Source: Planctomycetales bacterium 4484_113
GTDB lineage: Bacteria > 4484-113
DNA length: 49,505 bases
Assembly (NCBI GenBank): GCA_002050035.1
Contig: MVCR01000010.1
Location: forward strand, 1-49,505
Direction: 5' to 3'
Below, piece after piece: positions 8,575 through 17,202 of this stretch. Every line of letters begins with the position of its first letter. The stretch's first letter is position 1. The translations under genes were made by a program, and so were the position numbers. The notes below the pieces were generated by a model, which did not search any database, had not been told where the DNA came from, and was given only the letters and a program-made list of their open reading frames with translations.

Positions 8575-9180
8575 TTAGACTAGTTCTGCGAGCTCATCCG
8601 CCATCCGGTGCAGGTAGGCATCTTCGGGCGCGGCTTGGAGTCCCTTCTGGGCACGCTCCTTCGCAAGCTCCCACCTTTCCTGGCGCAGGGCTAGCTTCAC
8701 GGCGAGTCTCCAGGGCGCTGGCAAGTGGGGAATCAGAGCGAGCGCGCGATCGAGGTGGAACTCCGCGTCTGTCCAGTAGCCCTTCTGTGCTGAGGACAGT
8801 GCGAGGTTGAAGTGCTCCATGCCTCTTCGCTGGATGCCGTGCAACTCCGCGATTTCCTCCTCTAGTTCCCGTCGCTGCTCGCTCCCGTGGGGCAGTGCTT
8901 CTGCAAGCTGCGCCGCTTCCTCAAAGCGGTGCTGGTAGAGCGCCGCGCGCGCGGAAATGAAGACGGCTTCCTCTTCGAACTCCGGGTTGGTGCGACGAAG
9001 TTCTTCGACCAGTCCCCTCGCATGTTCGAAGTTATGCCGTGTGACTGCTTCCATCGCCTGCGTCGCAAGGCGGTTCGCCCGCTCGTAGAGAGCGTAGTAG
9101 GTGGTCAGGGAGGTGCCGCAACTGGGGCATTCCGCAGGACGGTCTGCCAGGGGCGTGTGGCATACGGGACATGCTGTCAT
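8575..9180 (-). CDS. Zinc-ribbon + TPR-like helical protein (last gene of the Hsp70 module)
   Basis: N-terminal MTACPVCHTPLADRPAECPSCGTSL supplies two CxxC pairs. The rest is helical repeats with a TPR-like A/L/E-rich pattern. I chose ATG 9180. An alternative TTG at 9225 would overlap the Hsp70 stop as TTGA. Confidence 0.65.
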   Translation of the reverse strand: MTACPVCHTPLADRPAECPSCGTSLTTYYALYERANRLATQAMEAVTRHNFEHARGLVEELRRTNPEFEEEAVFISARAALYQHRFEEAAQLAEALPHGSEQRRELEEEIAELHGIQRRGMEHFNLALSSAQKGYWTDAEFHLDRALALIPHLPAPWRLAVKLALRQERWELAKERAQKGLQAAPEDAYLHRMADELAELV

Positions 9181-9221
9181 CTCACGATAGTGCAACTTGT
9201 CGTCCCGATCCGTATTCCGCT

Positions 9222-10970
9222 TCAATACGAGTAGTCGGCAATGAGGTTGGTGGCTTTCTCAATCAAGCCCTCGAGCGCCTCCAGTTCCTCTTCCTTAAGC
9301 GCTTGCTTGAACTGATTGGCCAGGTCACCCAGTTTCGCCAGCTCGAGGTCATCGATCCGCTTCTCTTTCTTCTCCCCTTGTCGGATGAGCTGCAGCAGTT
9401 CTTTGAGTGTGTTCTCGGCTTCCAGCAAAACCTTGGACTTCTCGCGTTGCACGAGCATACTTCCGGTGTACTTGCTCACGTCCCGCTGGGCAAGAGTTAC
9501 CTCTTCAGCAGACAGTCGTTTCTTCGATGCCTTGATGGTGATGGATCGACTGGCGCCGGTCTTGCGATCCTTCGCCGTGATCTTCACAATGCCGTTGACG
9601 TCGTAATCGAAGGAGACCTCCACGAGTGATTCGCCCTTTGGCGCTGGCGTAATACCGCTAAGGATGAACTCCCCGAGTGATTCGTTTTCGCTTGCCACTT
9701 GGCTCTCGCCTTGAAGCACATGAATCAACGCTTCAGTCTGGAAGTCGGTGGTGGTGCGGTAGAGGCTCTTGCGCGAGCAAGGGATGGCGGTGTTGCGTGG
9801 AATGACCGTGCTAAACTTGTCGCCCTCGGTTTCGATGCCGAGCGTAAAGGGAGCGACGTCGACGACTACGAATTCCTCGAGTGAGCCGCGTTTGATCCCA
9901 GCCTGGATGGCTGCGCCGATGGCTACGCACTCTTCCGGATTGATGTCCTTCAGCGGGTCCTTATCGAGCTGCTCACGCACCAGTCGCTGCACCAGAGGGG
10001 TGCGCGTCATGCCTCCCACCAGAATGACCGCGTCGATGTCCCCTGGACTCAGATTAGCATCTGAAAGCGCGAGCTGTATGGGTTGTTCGGTTTGCGAGAC
10101 CAGATCCGTAACCAGCTCCTCGTACTTGGCGCGAGTGAGCACCTCATGCAGATGCAGTGGTTCCTCCGCCTCGGTGTAGATGAAAGGCAGGTTAATCTCC
10201 GTTTCCAGAAGCGATGAAAGGTCGATCTTCGCGTTTTCCGCCGCCTCCTTCAGGCGCTGAAGAATCGCCCGTTGCTGAGAGACGTCCGGGATGTTCCGCA
10301 GGTCGATCTTCTCTTTTTCCTTGAAGCGAGCCGCGAGATAATCGACGATGCGGTAGTCGAAATCGTCGCCACCCAAGTTATTGTTGCCGGTAGTGGCAAG
10401 AACCTTGAAGGCTCCTTCGACCAGCCGAATGATCGAGACATCGAAAGTGCCGCCGCCGAGGTCATAGACTAGGATGGTCTTCGCCTCGCCGGTCTTGTCG
10501 AAGCCGTAGGCGAGGGCGGCTGCGGTGGGCTCGTTAATGATGCGTTCCACCTTGAATCCCGCAATCTCGCCGGCGTCCTTGGTCGCCTGCCGCTGGGCAT
10601 CAGTGAAGTATGCCGGCACCGTTATTACGGCTTCGTCAACGACGCTGCCCAGGTAGGTTTCGGCATCGAGCTTGAGCTTCTTCAGGATGACGGCGGATAT
10701 CTCCTGCGGCGTGAATTCCTTCTCGCCGACAACGATGCGGCGGTCAGTGCCCATCAGCCGTTTGACGCTGGTCACTGTACGCTCGGGATTGGCGACCGCC
10801 TGGTTCTTTGCCGGTTCGCCCACCAGAAGCTCACCGGTTTCAGTGAAGCCAACTATAGAGGGTGTGAGGAACTTCCCTCGTTCGTTGGGCATGAGTTGCG
10901 GCTTACCGTCAATAATGGCAGCCACTTCGGAATTCGTCGTTCCGAGATCAATTCCTACAATCTGACCCAT
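9222..10970 (-). CDS. Hsp70-family ATPase (DnaK paralogue, short lid)
   Basis: 582 aa. Motifs MGQIVGIDLGTTNS, ITVPAYFTDAQRQATKDAG, ERIINEPTAAALAYG, VYDLGGGTFDVSII, ILVGGMTRTPLV. Interdomain linker FVVVDVAPFTLGIE, followed by a beta-sandwich substrate domain and a shortened helical lid. GGGAGAG Shine-Dalgarno upstream. Confidence 0.92.
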   Translation of the reverse strand: MGQIVGIDLGTTNSEVAAIIDGKPQLMPNERGKFLTPSIVGFTETGELLVGEPAKNQAVANPERTVTSVKRLMGTDRRIVVGEKEFTPQEISAVILKKLKLDAETYLGSVVDEAVITVPAYFTDAQRQATKDAGEIAGFKVERIINEPTAAALAYGFDKTGEAKTILVYDLGGGTFDVSIIRLVEGAFKVLATTGNNNLGGDDFDYRIVDYLAARFKEKEKIDLRNIPDVSQQRAILQRLKEAAENAKIDLSSLLETEINLPFIYTEAEEPLHLHEVLTRAKYEELVTDLVSQTEQPIQLALSDANLSPGDIDAVILVGGMTRTPLVQRLVREQLDKDPLKDINPEECVAIGAAIQAGIKRGSLEEFVVVDVAPFTLGIETEGDKFSTVIPRNTAIPCSRKSLYRTTTDFQTEALIHVLQGESQVASENESLGEFILSGITPAPKGESLVEVSFDYDVNGIVKITAKDRKTGASRSITIKASKKRLSAEEVTLAQRDVSKYTGSMLVQREKSKVLLEAENTLKELLQLIRQGEKKEKRIDDLELAKLGDLANQFKQALKEEELEALEGLIEKATNLIADYSY

Positions 10971-11012
10971 AATCTCTCCCTAATGATGACAAGTCAATGA
11001 TGTTAATATGAA

Positions 11013-11678
11013 TCACGGGTTCTTCACCACCACCACCTGTGCGGGGCGAAGCACCTTGCCGTGCTGCTTGTAGCCGGCGAGCACAATCTGGGCAATAGTC
11101 CCGTTGGGTTTTTCTGGATCCGTCACCGTTGACAGCGCCAGGTGCTGCGCTGGATCGAACCGCTCTCCCGGCTCCATGCGCTCGATGCCGAAGCGCGCTA
11201 ACCGCGAGAGCAACTGATCGCGAATGGAGCGGACGCCTGTCAGTACGCTCTCGGGGACTTTAGCCGATTCGTCCTCAGCGAGAGCCACCACCCGATCGCA
11301 GGAGTCAGCAACATCCAGCAATCCTTCCAGCGCTGATTTCAAAGGTTCGATGGTTGCCAGCTCACTCAGTCCTTTGGCAACCGAGTGCAACTCCCGCTTG
11401 AGTGCGGATAGCTCGGCCGCATACTCATCAAGACCTACCGCCTCAATGGCTGGCAGCCGCAGGTTCTCAACGTTGCGCTGCAGGCGAAAGAACTCGATGC
11501 GCAGGCGGTTCAGCTCGGTCTGGTACGTGAGGAGGTTGAACGTTTCCGCTGCTTCCGGTTGCGCCCCGCCTGCTTGCCCCTTACCCGCTGGACCAAGCTC
11601 TATATGATAATATCTCTCGGAAGAGAAGTCAACGCGAGATGCCAGCTCCCTCAGCCGTTTTCTCGTCGACGCTCGCAT
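11013..11678 (-). CDS. grpE: GrpE-like nucleotide exchange factor
   Basis: 221 aa. A long N-terminal helix is followed by the GrpE C-terminal signature ...GIERMEPGERFDPAQHLALSTV...GTIAQIVLAGYKQHGKVLRPAQVVVV. Its ATG directly abuts the TAA of the upstream gene (11679/11678). Confidence 0.8.
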   Translation of the reverse strand: MRASTRKRLRELASRVDFSSERYYHIELGPAGKGQAGGAQPEAAETFNLLTYQTELNRLRIEFFRLQRNVENLRLPAIEAVGLDEYAAELSALKRELHSVAKGLSELATIEPLKSALEGLLDVADSCDRVVALAEDESAKVPESVLTGVRSIRDQLLSRLARFGIERMEPGERFDPAQHLALSTVTDPEKPNGTIAQIVLAGYKQHGKVLRPAQVVVVKNP

Positions 11679-14600
11679 TTAAACCACCGAAATGTCTCCC
11701 AACCGGAAGTAGAAAGTGATGCTGTCAGTCAGCTTGGCAAGGCTTTCTTCTGGTGGTGTTTCCATCTGTTTCAACTGGCTGTAGTCCGGGCCTGGGACTC
11801 GGAGATTCAATCCAAGTTCCTCAAAAACCGATCTCGCCCGCTGCTCTCCGAGGACTGTTCTGCGCACCTCATCTGCGTCCACGGGGTTGAACGCGAAGAT
11901 GTCTATCCGCTCTCGCTTCTTGTCGTTGGTGAGGTTGGCGTAAGAGTCCTCCAGCAGCATGAAGTCGGCTGCGTGTCGTTCGGGATTGAATATCTTCACC
12001 AGTCGGAAGTAGCTCTTCTCAATCTGTCCCTTAGTGGCACGCTTGTCCAGACCCAGAATCCAGTAGAACTGATTTGCTCGCTGGAAGTAGTCCACCATCT
12101 CTTCGGTCTTCGCAGTGTAGACATCTTCGGTTTCCTGGCGTTGGGCGACGAAAACATCAGTGAGCAGCTTCTCCACCTCCCCGATGGCGACCGTCAAATG
12201 GGCGTACTGCTGGGGATTCCTATCCACCATCTGCTGCCAGTGGGTCGTGAGTTTGTTCCAGTAGACTGCCGAATTGTCGAAATCGTCCACCATCATGTAG
12301 GCGATGGCGAGATTCTGCACTATGCTGGGGTTGTCGGGATCGTAACTTGCGGCTTTTTCCCATTCACCTATGGCGGATGTGTGATTGCCCTTCCGCGAAA
12401 GGGTGTAGGCGTTAAGGTCAAGTGTCGCGGCGTACAGTTTTCTCAGATGCTTGAAGTCAGGCGCGAGCTCCTTCAGTGTTTCCCATGTTTCCATCGCCTC
12501 CTGAGCATATCCGGCTTGCAGGAAGGCAGTGCCGATGTCGAGGAGCTGTGAAATCTTGGTCTCAGTATGAGTTGGGCGTTTCAGGCAGGCTTCGAGGAGC
12601 TGGCGCCAGTATGCCACCGCCAGTTCGCGGTCGCCCTTGAGGGAAGATGCCTTTCCCATGAACCACAGCCGCTGCAACTCTTGCTTCTGAGTGCCAGCAA
12701 GCTTGCTCAGGAGGGCGAGAGCGCGGTCGTACTGGCCGTCGTGGATGAAAAGGGCCGCAAACGGGAGGAGTGCCTTGTCCTGCTCTGGGAAAGTGAGGTT
12801 GGCGAATGCTCCTCCGCCCGCTGCATCGCGATCCGCCAGGAAAGCGTTGATCAGCAGGGGGATGTCGTCCGGCAGCAGGTTGCCTCGCCGTTTCAGATCC
12901 AGGAATACGCGCCATGCTCTCTCCAGCTGTTTGTCCGCCAGGTAGCAGTACGCTTGGCTACGTTCCAGCATCGGCGCGTCATCAGACCAAGTGATATCAC
13001 GATAGTAGATGAGTGCTGGCGCATACTTGTGCAGGAGGTGGTAGGAGTACGCCAGATATATCTTGGTCTCGATGTTCCGTGGCAGTATCCGGTGAGCGGT
13101 TTCCAGTATCTGCGCCGCCATCTCGTAGTTGCCGTCGAAGAAGAAAGTCTGCGCGTAGTAATGAAGGATGTCCACCAGGACAGTCCGGAGCAGCCGATCC
13201 TCACGGTTCACGTCCACCGCTTCGAGCGAGTCTCCGAGTGCCTTGGTCCAGTCACCTTCGGCTGCGGCTCTGCACACGTCCACAGCCAGGATGTAGGAGA
13301 AATTGCGCTGTTCCGCCCGCCCGCTGGGATTCTCGCGATAGACCTCGGCAAGCTGCTCGCGCGCCTGTTCCTGCTCGCCTGCGCGCCAGTGCGCCAGTCC
13401 GATCTGTATCTTCAACCAGCGGTGGAAAGCGCGGCTTTCTTCGTCCGAAAGCACCTCTCGATAGAGCTCTATCGCCTGATGGAACTCGCCAGCCAGTTCT
13501 GCGTTCAGCCCCTGACGCAGTCGCAGGAGGTATCCGGGGATAGAATCGCTTTCCGCCTGCAGTTCCTGCAGCAGCGGGCCAGCTTTCTTTGGCTTCATCT
13601 CCTGCTGGAGCGCCGCTACCTGCCAGTAGCGGACCCGCGGCTCGAGTTCAGGCGCGCGGATCTCGGAGAACATCTTGGTTGCTTCTTCGGTCTTCCCTTC
13701 AGTGAGTAGGATCTTGGCGAGCTGGTAGGTGTTCTCCTCGGAAGGCTCATACTCATTGGCGAGCTCGAACACGCGCGCCGCCTGCTGATAATTGTGACGC
13801 TCAAGATAGAAGCGTCCAACGTCTTGCAGAAGCGCCAGCTGACCTGCGCTGTTAAGCTCCTCTGCCAGCGCTTCTGGCTTAAGCTCAAAGCACCTGATTA
13901 CCAGATGCAGACGATACTTGTAATCAGGATTTACGGTCAGCACCTGATGCAGCAAGAAGAAAGCTATCTTCTCAGGGCAATTGAACTTCTCGAACTCGAA
14001 GCGGCGGTAGCAGAGCTCCAGCTTCAGCTCCGGATCAAATGTGAATCCCTCGGGTGGAGAGATCGCCACATCGGAAAGGACACTGATAAGGCGGATATTC
14101 TCTTCGCGTTCTTCAATGCTCTTGCGATAGAGTTCCAGATAAACTTCAATCGCGGACGGGTCGCGCCGGTCGAGTCTGAGGTAGCATTTGGTGCGAGCAT
14201 CGAGCAGCGCTTCGTGCGCGGGGCCGGAGACCGTGGGTAAAGCCACTTCGATGAACTCAAGCGTCTTGCGGTCGAAGTTGCCATTCTCGATTCGATGCTC
14301 GGCCAACAGGCGGGCGATCTGCCGCCTGAGAGCATCTTCCTCCACCATCGGATATGCGCGCTCATAGATGGCAAACGCCTTGGGCTGCCTGGTGTCGTAG
14401 GTCAGGTAGCTGGCAGCCAGCAGTGGCATTACCTGGGTGAACTCCGGGTCATAGGAAAGGGCGTCCTCGTATATCTTCTGCGCCTGCTCATCGGTGCGCT
14501 TCTTCTCCAGGTAGCTTTCGGAAAGCAGGTAGTATATGCGCGGTTGCTTTCGCTCCGGCCAGGAACTCAAATACTGCTCGTAAACCCGGCAGGCGAAGTC

Positions 14601-15653
14601 GTCCCGGCGATCCTCGCCAAGGAAATGCTCGGCGAGGAGCAGTGTGATGCGCTTCGTGAGCAGGTTGTTCTTCAGTGCTTCTTCGTATGCCGTTAGCGCT
14701 TCTTCGCTGAAATTGCCCTCTTCGGCGAAAGCAAGTGCCAGGAACGCCAGCACGTTCTTATTGAAGTAGCCAGCGCGGTAGATCGCCAGCAGGAGATCCT
14801 TCTTGTTGAGGAATTCCTTCCGCGTTCGCAGGAGGTAGGCGCTGAACTGTTCCAGATACTCGCGCCCCAGCAGACCCAGGCGCAGCGCGTCCTCTATGTA
14901 GCCTATTGTCTTCGGCGTGATATCCTTCTTCTCAATGTAGTACTCTGCAAGCAATCTCAACGCCTGTTCATGCTCGATGCCACGGTCGAGGCACTCCTTA
15001 TACACCTGCGCGGCGAACTCGCTTCGTTCATTGTTCACCACCAGATGTTCAAGCAGAATGCCGGCAAGCTTCATATCATCCTTGCGCGTGGGGTAGGCGA
15101 TGCGATAGACCGAGATGGCCTCGGCGTCCCTTCGGTTTGCCTCAAGGAACTCCTCAGCCAGCAGCGTGCTTCCTCCCTTCCAGAGCGTGAAGGCTTTGGT
15201 TGCCGCCAGTACAATGTGGTGCTCGGCTTCTGTGAGCCTGCGCTCTCTCTGCGTCACCAGCCTCTTGGCGTAAGTGAGCAAGAATCCGCGTTCGGTTTCG
15301 GTTTCTTCTGCCAGCAGGCTGACTATCTCCGTGGCTTCAGGAGTAAGCAGGTCTTCTGCGTCAATGAAGGCTATGGCTTCACGCAGAATGTGCTCATCCG
15401 GCTTGATCTGGTGGCACTTAAGGACGGTTCGGAGTGCTTCCGGCTTCTTCTGTCCTATCTGGGCGCGAGCGAGAAGGGTATAGTACTCCGCATACTCATC
15501 GCGTCGGGACTCATCAATTGGCTCGGCGTAATCCTGAGCCATCTTGAGAAGAACCCGCTCTGCATCTGCAGGACGACCGCGACTGAGCAAGTCAGCGGCG
15601 CGCTTCAAGCCCTTTTGGGTCTTCTTACCAGTGAAAAGTTGTATGATGCTCAT
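11679..15653 (-). CDS. Giant all-helical TPR-like repeat protein with a C-terminal J-like domain (HPD replaced by NPE)
   Basis: 1324 aa. Most of the length consists of TPR/Sel1-like helical hairpins with Y/A/L-rich 34-residue periodicity. Residues near the C-terminus, FYWILGLDKRATKGQIEKSYFRLVKIFNPERHAADFMLLEDSYANLTNDKKRERIDIF, align by eye with J-domain helices I-III. It has no G/F region and no CxxCxGxG zinc finger. Confidence 0.8.
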   Translation of the reverse strand: MSIIQLFTGKKTQKGLKRAADLLSRGRPADAERVLLKMAQDYAEPIDESRRDEYAEYYTLLARAQIGQKKPEALRTVLKCHQIKPDEHILREAIAFIDAEDLLTPEATEIVSLLAEETETERGFLLTYAKRLVTQRERRLTEAEHHIVLAATKAFTLWKGGSTLLAEEFLEANRRDAEAISVYRIAYPTRKDDMKLAGILLEHLVVNNERSEFAAQVYKECLDRGIEHEQALRLLAEYYIEKKDITPKTIGYIEDALRLGLLGREYLEQFSAYLLRTRKEFLNKKDLLLAIYRAGYFNKNVLAFLALAFAEEGNFSEEALTAYEEALKNNLLTKRITLLLAEHFLGEDRRDDFACRVYEQYLSSWPERKQPRIYYLLSESYLEKKRTDEQAQKIYEDALSYDPEFTQVMPLLAASYLTYDTRQPKAFAIYERAYPMVEEDALRRQIARLLAEHRIENGNFDRKTLEFIEVALPTVSGPAHEALLDARTKCYLRLDRRDPSAIEVYLELYRKSIEEREENIRLISVLSDVAISPPEGFTFDPELKLELCYRRFEFEKFNCPEKIAFFLLHQVLTVNPDYKYRLHLVIRCFELKPEALAEELNSAGQLALLQDVGRFYLERHNYQQAARVFELANEYEPSEENTYQLAKILLTEGKTEEATKMFSEIRAPELEPRVRYWQVAALQQEMKPKKAGPLLQELQAESDSIPGYLLRLRQGLNAELAGEFHQAIELYREVLSDEESRAFHRWLKIQIGLAHWRAGEQEQAREQLAEVYRENPSGRAEQRNFSYILAVDVCRAAAEGDWTKALGDSLEAVDVNREDRLLRTVLVDILHYYAQTFFFDGNYEMAAQILETAHRILPRNIETKIYLAYSYHLLHKYAPALIYYRDITWSDDAPMLERSQAYCYLADKQLERAWRVFLDLKRRGNLLPDDIPLLINAFLADRDAAGGGAFANLTFPEQDKALLPFAALFIHDGQYDRALALLSKLAGTQKQELQRLWFMGKASSLKGDRELAVAYWRQLLEACLKRPTHTETKISQLLDIGTAFLQAGYAQEAMETWETLKELAPDFKHLRKLYAATLDLNAYTLSRKGNHTSAIGEWEKAASYDPDNPSIVQNLAIAYMMVDDFDNSAVYWNKLTTHWQQMVDRNPQQYAHLTVAIGEVEKLLTDVFVAQRQETEDVYTAKTEEMVDYFQRANQFYWILGLDKRATKGQIEKSYFRLVKIFNPERHAADFMLLEDSYANLTNDKKRERIDIFAFNPVDADEVRRTVLGEQRARSVFEELGLNLRVPGPDYSQLKQMETPPEESLAKLTDSITFYFRLGDISVV

Positions 15654-15683
15654 CGCCCGCCGGTTCCACCCCTGCCTGTTGCC

Positions 15684-15692
15684 ATTATAACA
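15684..15692 (-). promoter_or_regulatory. Extended -10 promoter (TGTTATAAT) of the Hsp70 module
   Basis: The reverse complement of 15684-15692 is TGTTATAAT. It ends 30 nt upstream of ATG 15653, inside the 109-bp gap that follows the toastrack gene. Confidence 0.55.
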
Positions 15693-15762
15693 GAAAGCTC
15701 GTGTTGGGGGTGTGCTGGGAGCATCCTGCGAGGCGTCGGGAGAGCGGGCTTTCAGTCCCTGC

Positions 15763-16767
15763 TCAGGGCTCGAAGGAAAGTGAAATCGAGCTCAATGCTC
15801 CTTCTATTGTAACCTTCGCATGCGGCTTCTGGCGGTTATAGCTGGCGCTTTCCCAGTGGTCGTCTTGCCGGGTGAGTCCTGCCTCTGCGAAATTGGCGGC
15901 GGAAAGTGCGGATGTTGATTCCAGATAGAGCGGCGTATCCTGCGGGAAGCGGATGCGCACACTCGCCGCCCCAGAACTGATTCCCACGCGATAACCGGAG
16001 TCTCCGACTTCCGGGAGGGCGATGTCCACGGAAGCCGCTCCCCCGTTGATCTGCAGCGACCTGAGAAGGGTATGCGTCAGCCTGGCATCCACCCGCGAAG
16101 CTCCTGCGTTGAGCTCAAGATCAAGGGGAAGATCCGATGGGAGATGGACAGTCATCTCCTGCTTTCCCGGGAAGGGATGAGCGAGCGAGGTGGAAACGCT
16201 TTCCCGCTGCGGAATCTCCACGTACGCTGTACTGCCCTTCACCTTCATTGATACTTCCGGTTCTCCCCGTGAAGTAAGGTAGTCGATCTCGGCAACGCAG
16301 TCCGAATCCGCCACCATCGAATCGATGACAACCACCGCTGCGCCAGCGTCTACTTGGGCGACCAGCTCGGCCACACCCTCCTCTCGCTCGAGGAGGTAGT
16401 GGTAATTTCTCAACTCAGCCGAGCCCTCTAAGCGTGGTGTGGTAACTAAGCGACCGCTCTGCAGCATCGTGAAAGTGGGCCACATTGGCTTTCCCACAAG
16501 TACCCACGCAAACGCTACGACGAGAATGATGGGAGTTACATAGACCAGAAACTGCAGAGGGGTCCGGCGCACCAGGATGTTGAGACCCCAGATGATGAGG
16601 AGAATCGGCCAGAGTCTTAAAAGCTCGTACCAGATGGCTGAGCTGAAATAGCCCAGGTTGATTCCCAGCCAGGTAACTCCGACCAGGATAATCAGCGTTC
16701 CCCAGAATAGGCTCTCGCCGTGCGATCGCACCCGTCTGTAATGGTGTTCTGGATCTAGGTGGTTCAT
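15763..16767 (-). CDS. LiaF/toastrack (DUF4097/DUF2154-like) membrane protein
   Basis: I chose the start at MNHLDPEHHY (ATG 16767), which forms an ATGA overlap with the PspC stop. The longer track ORF, reaching 17031, overlaps pspC and was not used. It has four N-terminal TM helices. The C-terminal repeats LNAGASRVDARL, INGGAASVDIAL, ISSGAASVRIRF and IEGALSSISLSF are typical of the toastrack beta-helix. Confidence 0.75.
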   Translation of the reverse strand: MNHLDPEHHYRRVRSHGESLFWGTLIILVGVTWLGINLGYFSSAIWYELLRLWPILLIIWGLNILVRRTPLQFLVYVTPIILVVAFAWVLVGKPMWPTFTMLQSGRLVTTPRLEGSAELRNYHYLLEREEGVAELVAQVDAGAAVVVIDSMVADSDCVAEIDYLTSRGEPEVSMKVKGSTAYVEIPQRESVSTSLAHPFPGKQEMTVHLPSDLPLDLELNAGASRVDARLTHTLLRSLQINGGAASVDIALPEVGDSGYRVGISSGAASVRIRFPQDTPLYLESTSALSAANFAEAGLTRQDDHWESASYNRQKPHAKVTIEGALSSISLSFEP

Positions 16768-17201
16768 TTCTCGTCCCTCCGTTCGGAAGAGTTGTGCGGG
16801 AGCTTGCCGGCAACCAGCAGAATCCCCAGCACCAGAAGTGCCACCGGCGCGATAAGTCCTGTGGCCGCGCGCAGCCAGCTTTCTCCGAGCAGGAAGATGG
16901 TCCCCAGCACGATGAGCAGGACACCCCAGAATACTCCTGCGCTGATGTGAACACCACGGGACTCCGGATGATAGGTTTCTGCATCTCCTCTGGCGGCTAT
17001 CGCCCAAGGTTCGCCTGGTATGATGACCCATGCAAGCAGGTAAAGCAGCGCAAAGACCGTGGGACTAACCACGACCATTACCAGCCAGATAACGCGCAGT
17101 ATATTCGGGTCGAAGCCGAAGTGGCGGGCCAGTCCGCCGCACACGCCACCCAGCCATCGGTTACTGCGGGACCGATACAGTTTTTCGCTCTGTGTCTTCA
17201 T
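16764..17201 (-). CDS. PspC-domain membrane protein
   Basis: 145 aa. KLYRSRSNRWLGGVCGGLARHFGFDPNILRVIWLVMVV matches the PspC domain signature. Additional TM helices follow. Confidence 0.85.
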   Translation of the reverse strand: MKTQSEKLYRSRSNRWLGGVCGGLARHFGFDPNILRVIWLVMVVVSPTVFALLYLLAWVIIPGEPWAIAARGDAETYHPESRGVHISAGVFWGVLLIVLGTIFLLGESWLRAATGLIAPVALLVLGILLVAGKLPHNSSERRDEK

Positions 17202-17202
17202 A

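Noticed and set aside
12567-13709. 380-aa plus-strand ORF (and several 100-180-aa ones) antisense to the giant TPR gene
   Set aside because: The minus-strand frame is open for 1324 codons with coherent helical-repeat sequence and a J-like domain. The plus-strand ORFs are compositionally biased and overlap one another.
16768-17031. N-terminal 88-codon extension of the toastrack ORF (track ORF 15763-17031)
   Set aside because: The extension overlaps the PspC gene out of frame and is Arg/Gly/Ser-rich. The internal ATG 16767 forms an ATGA coupling with the PspC stop and directly precedes the first TM helix.
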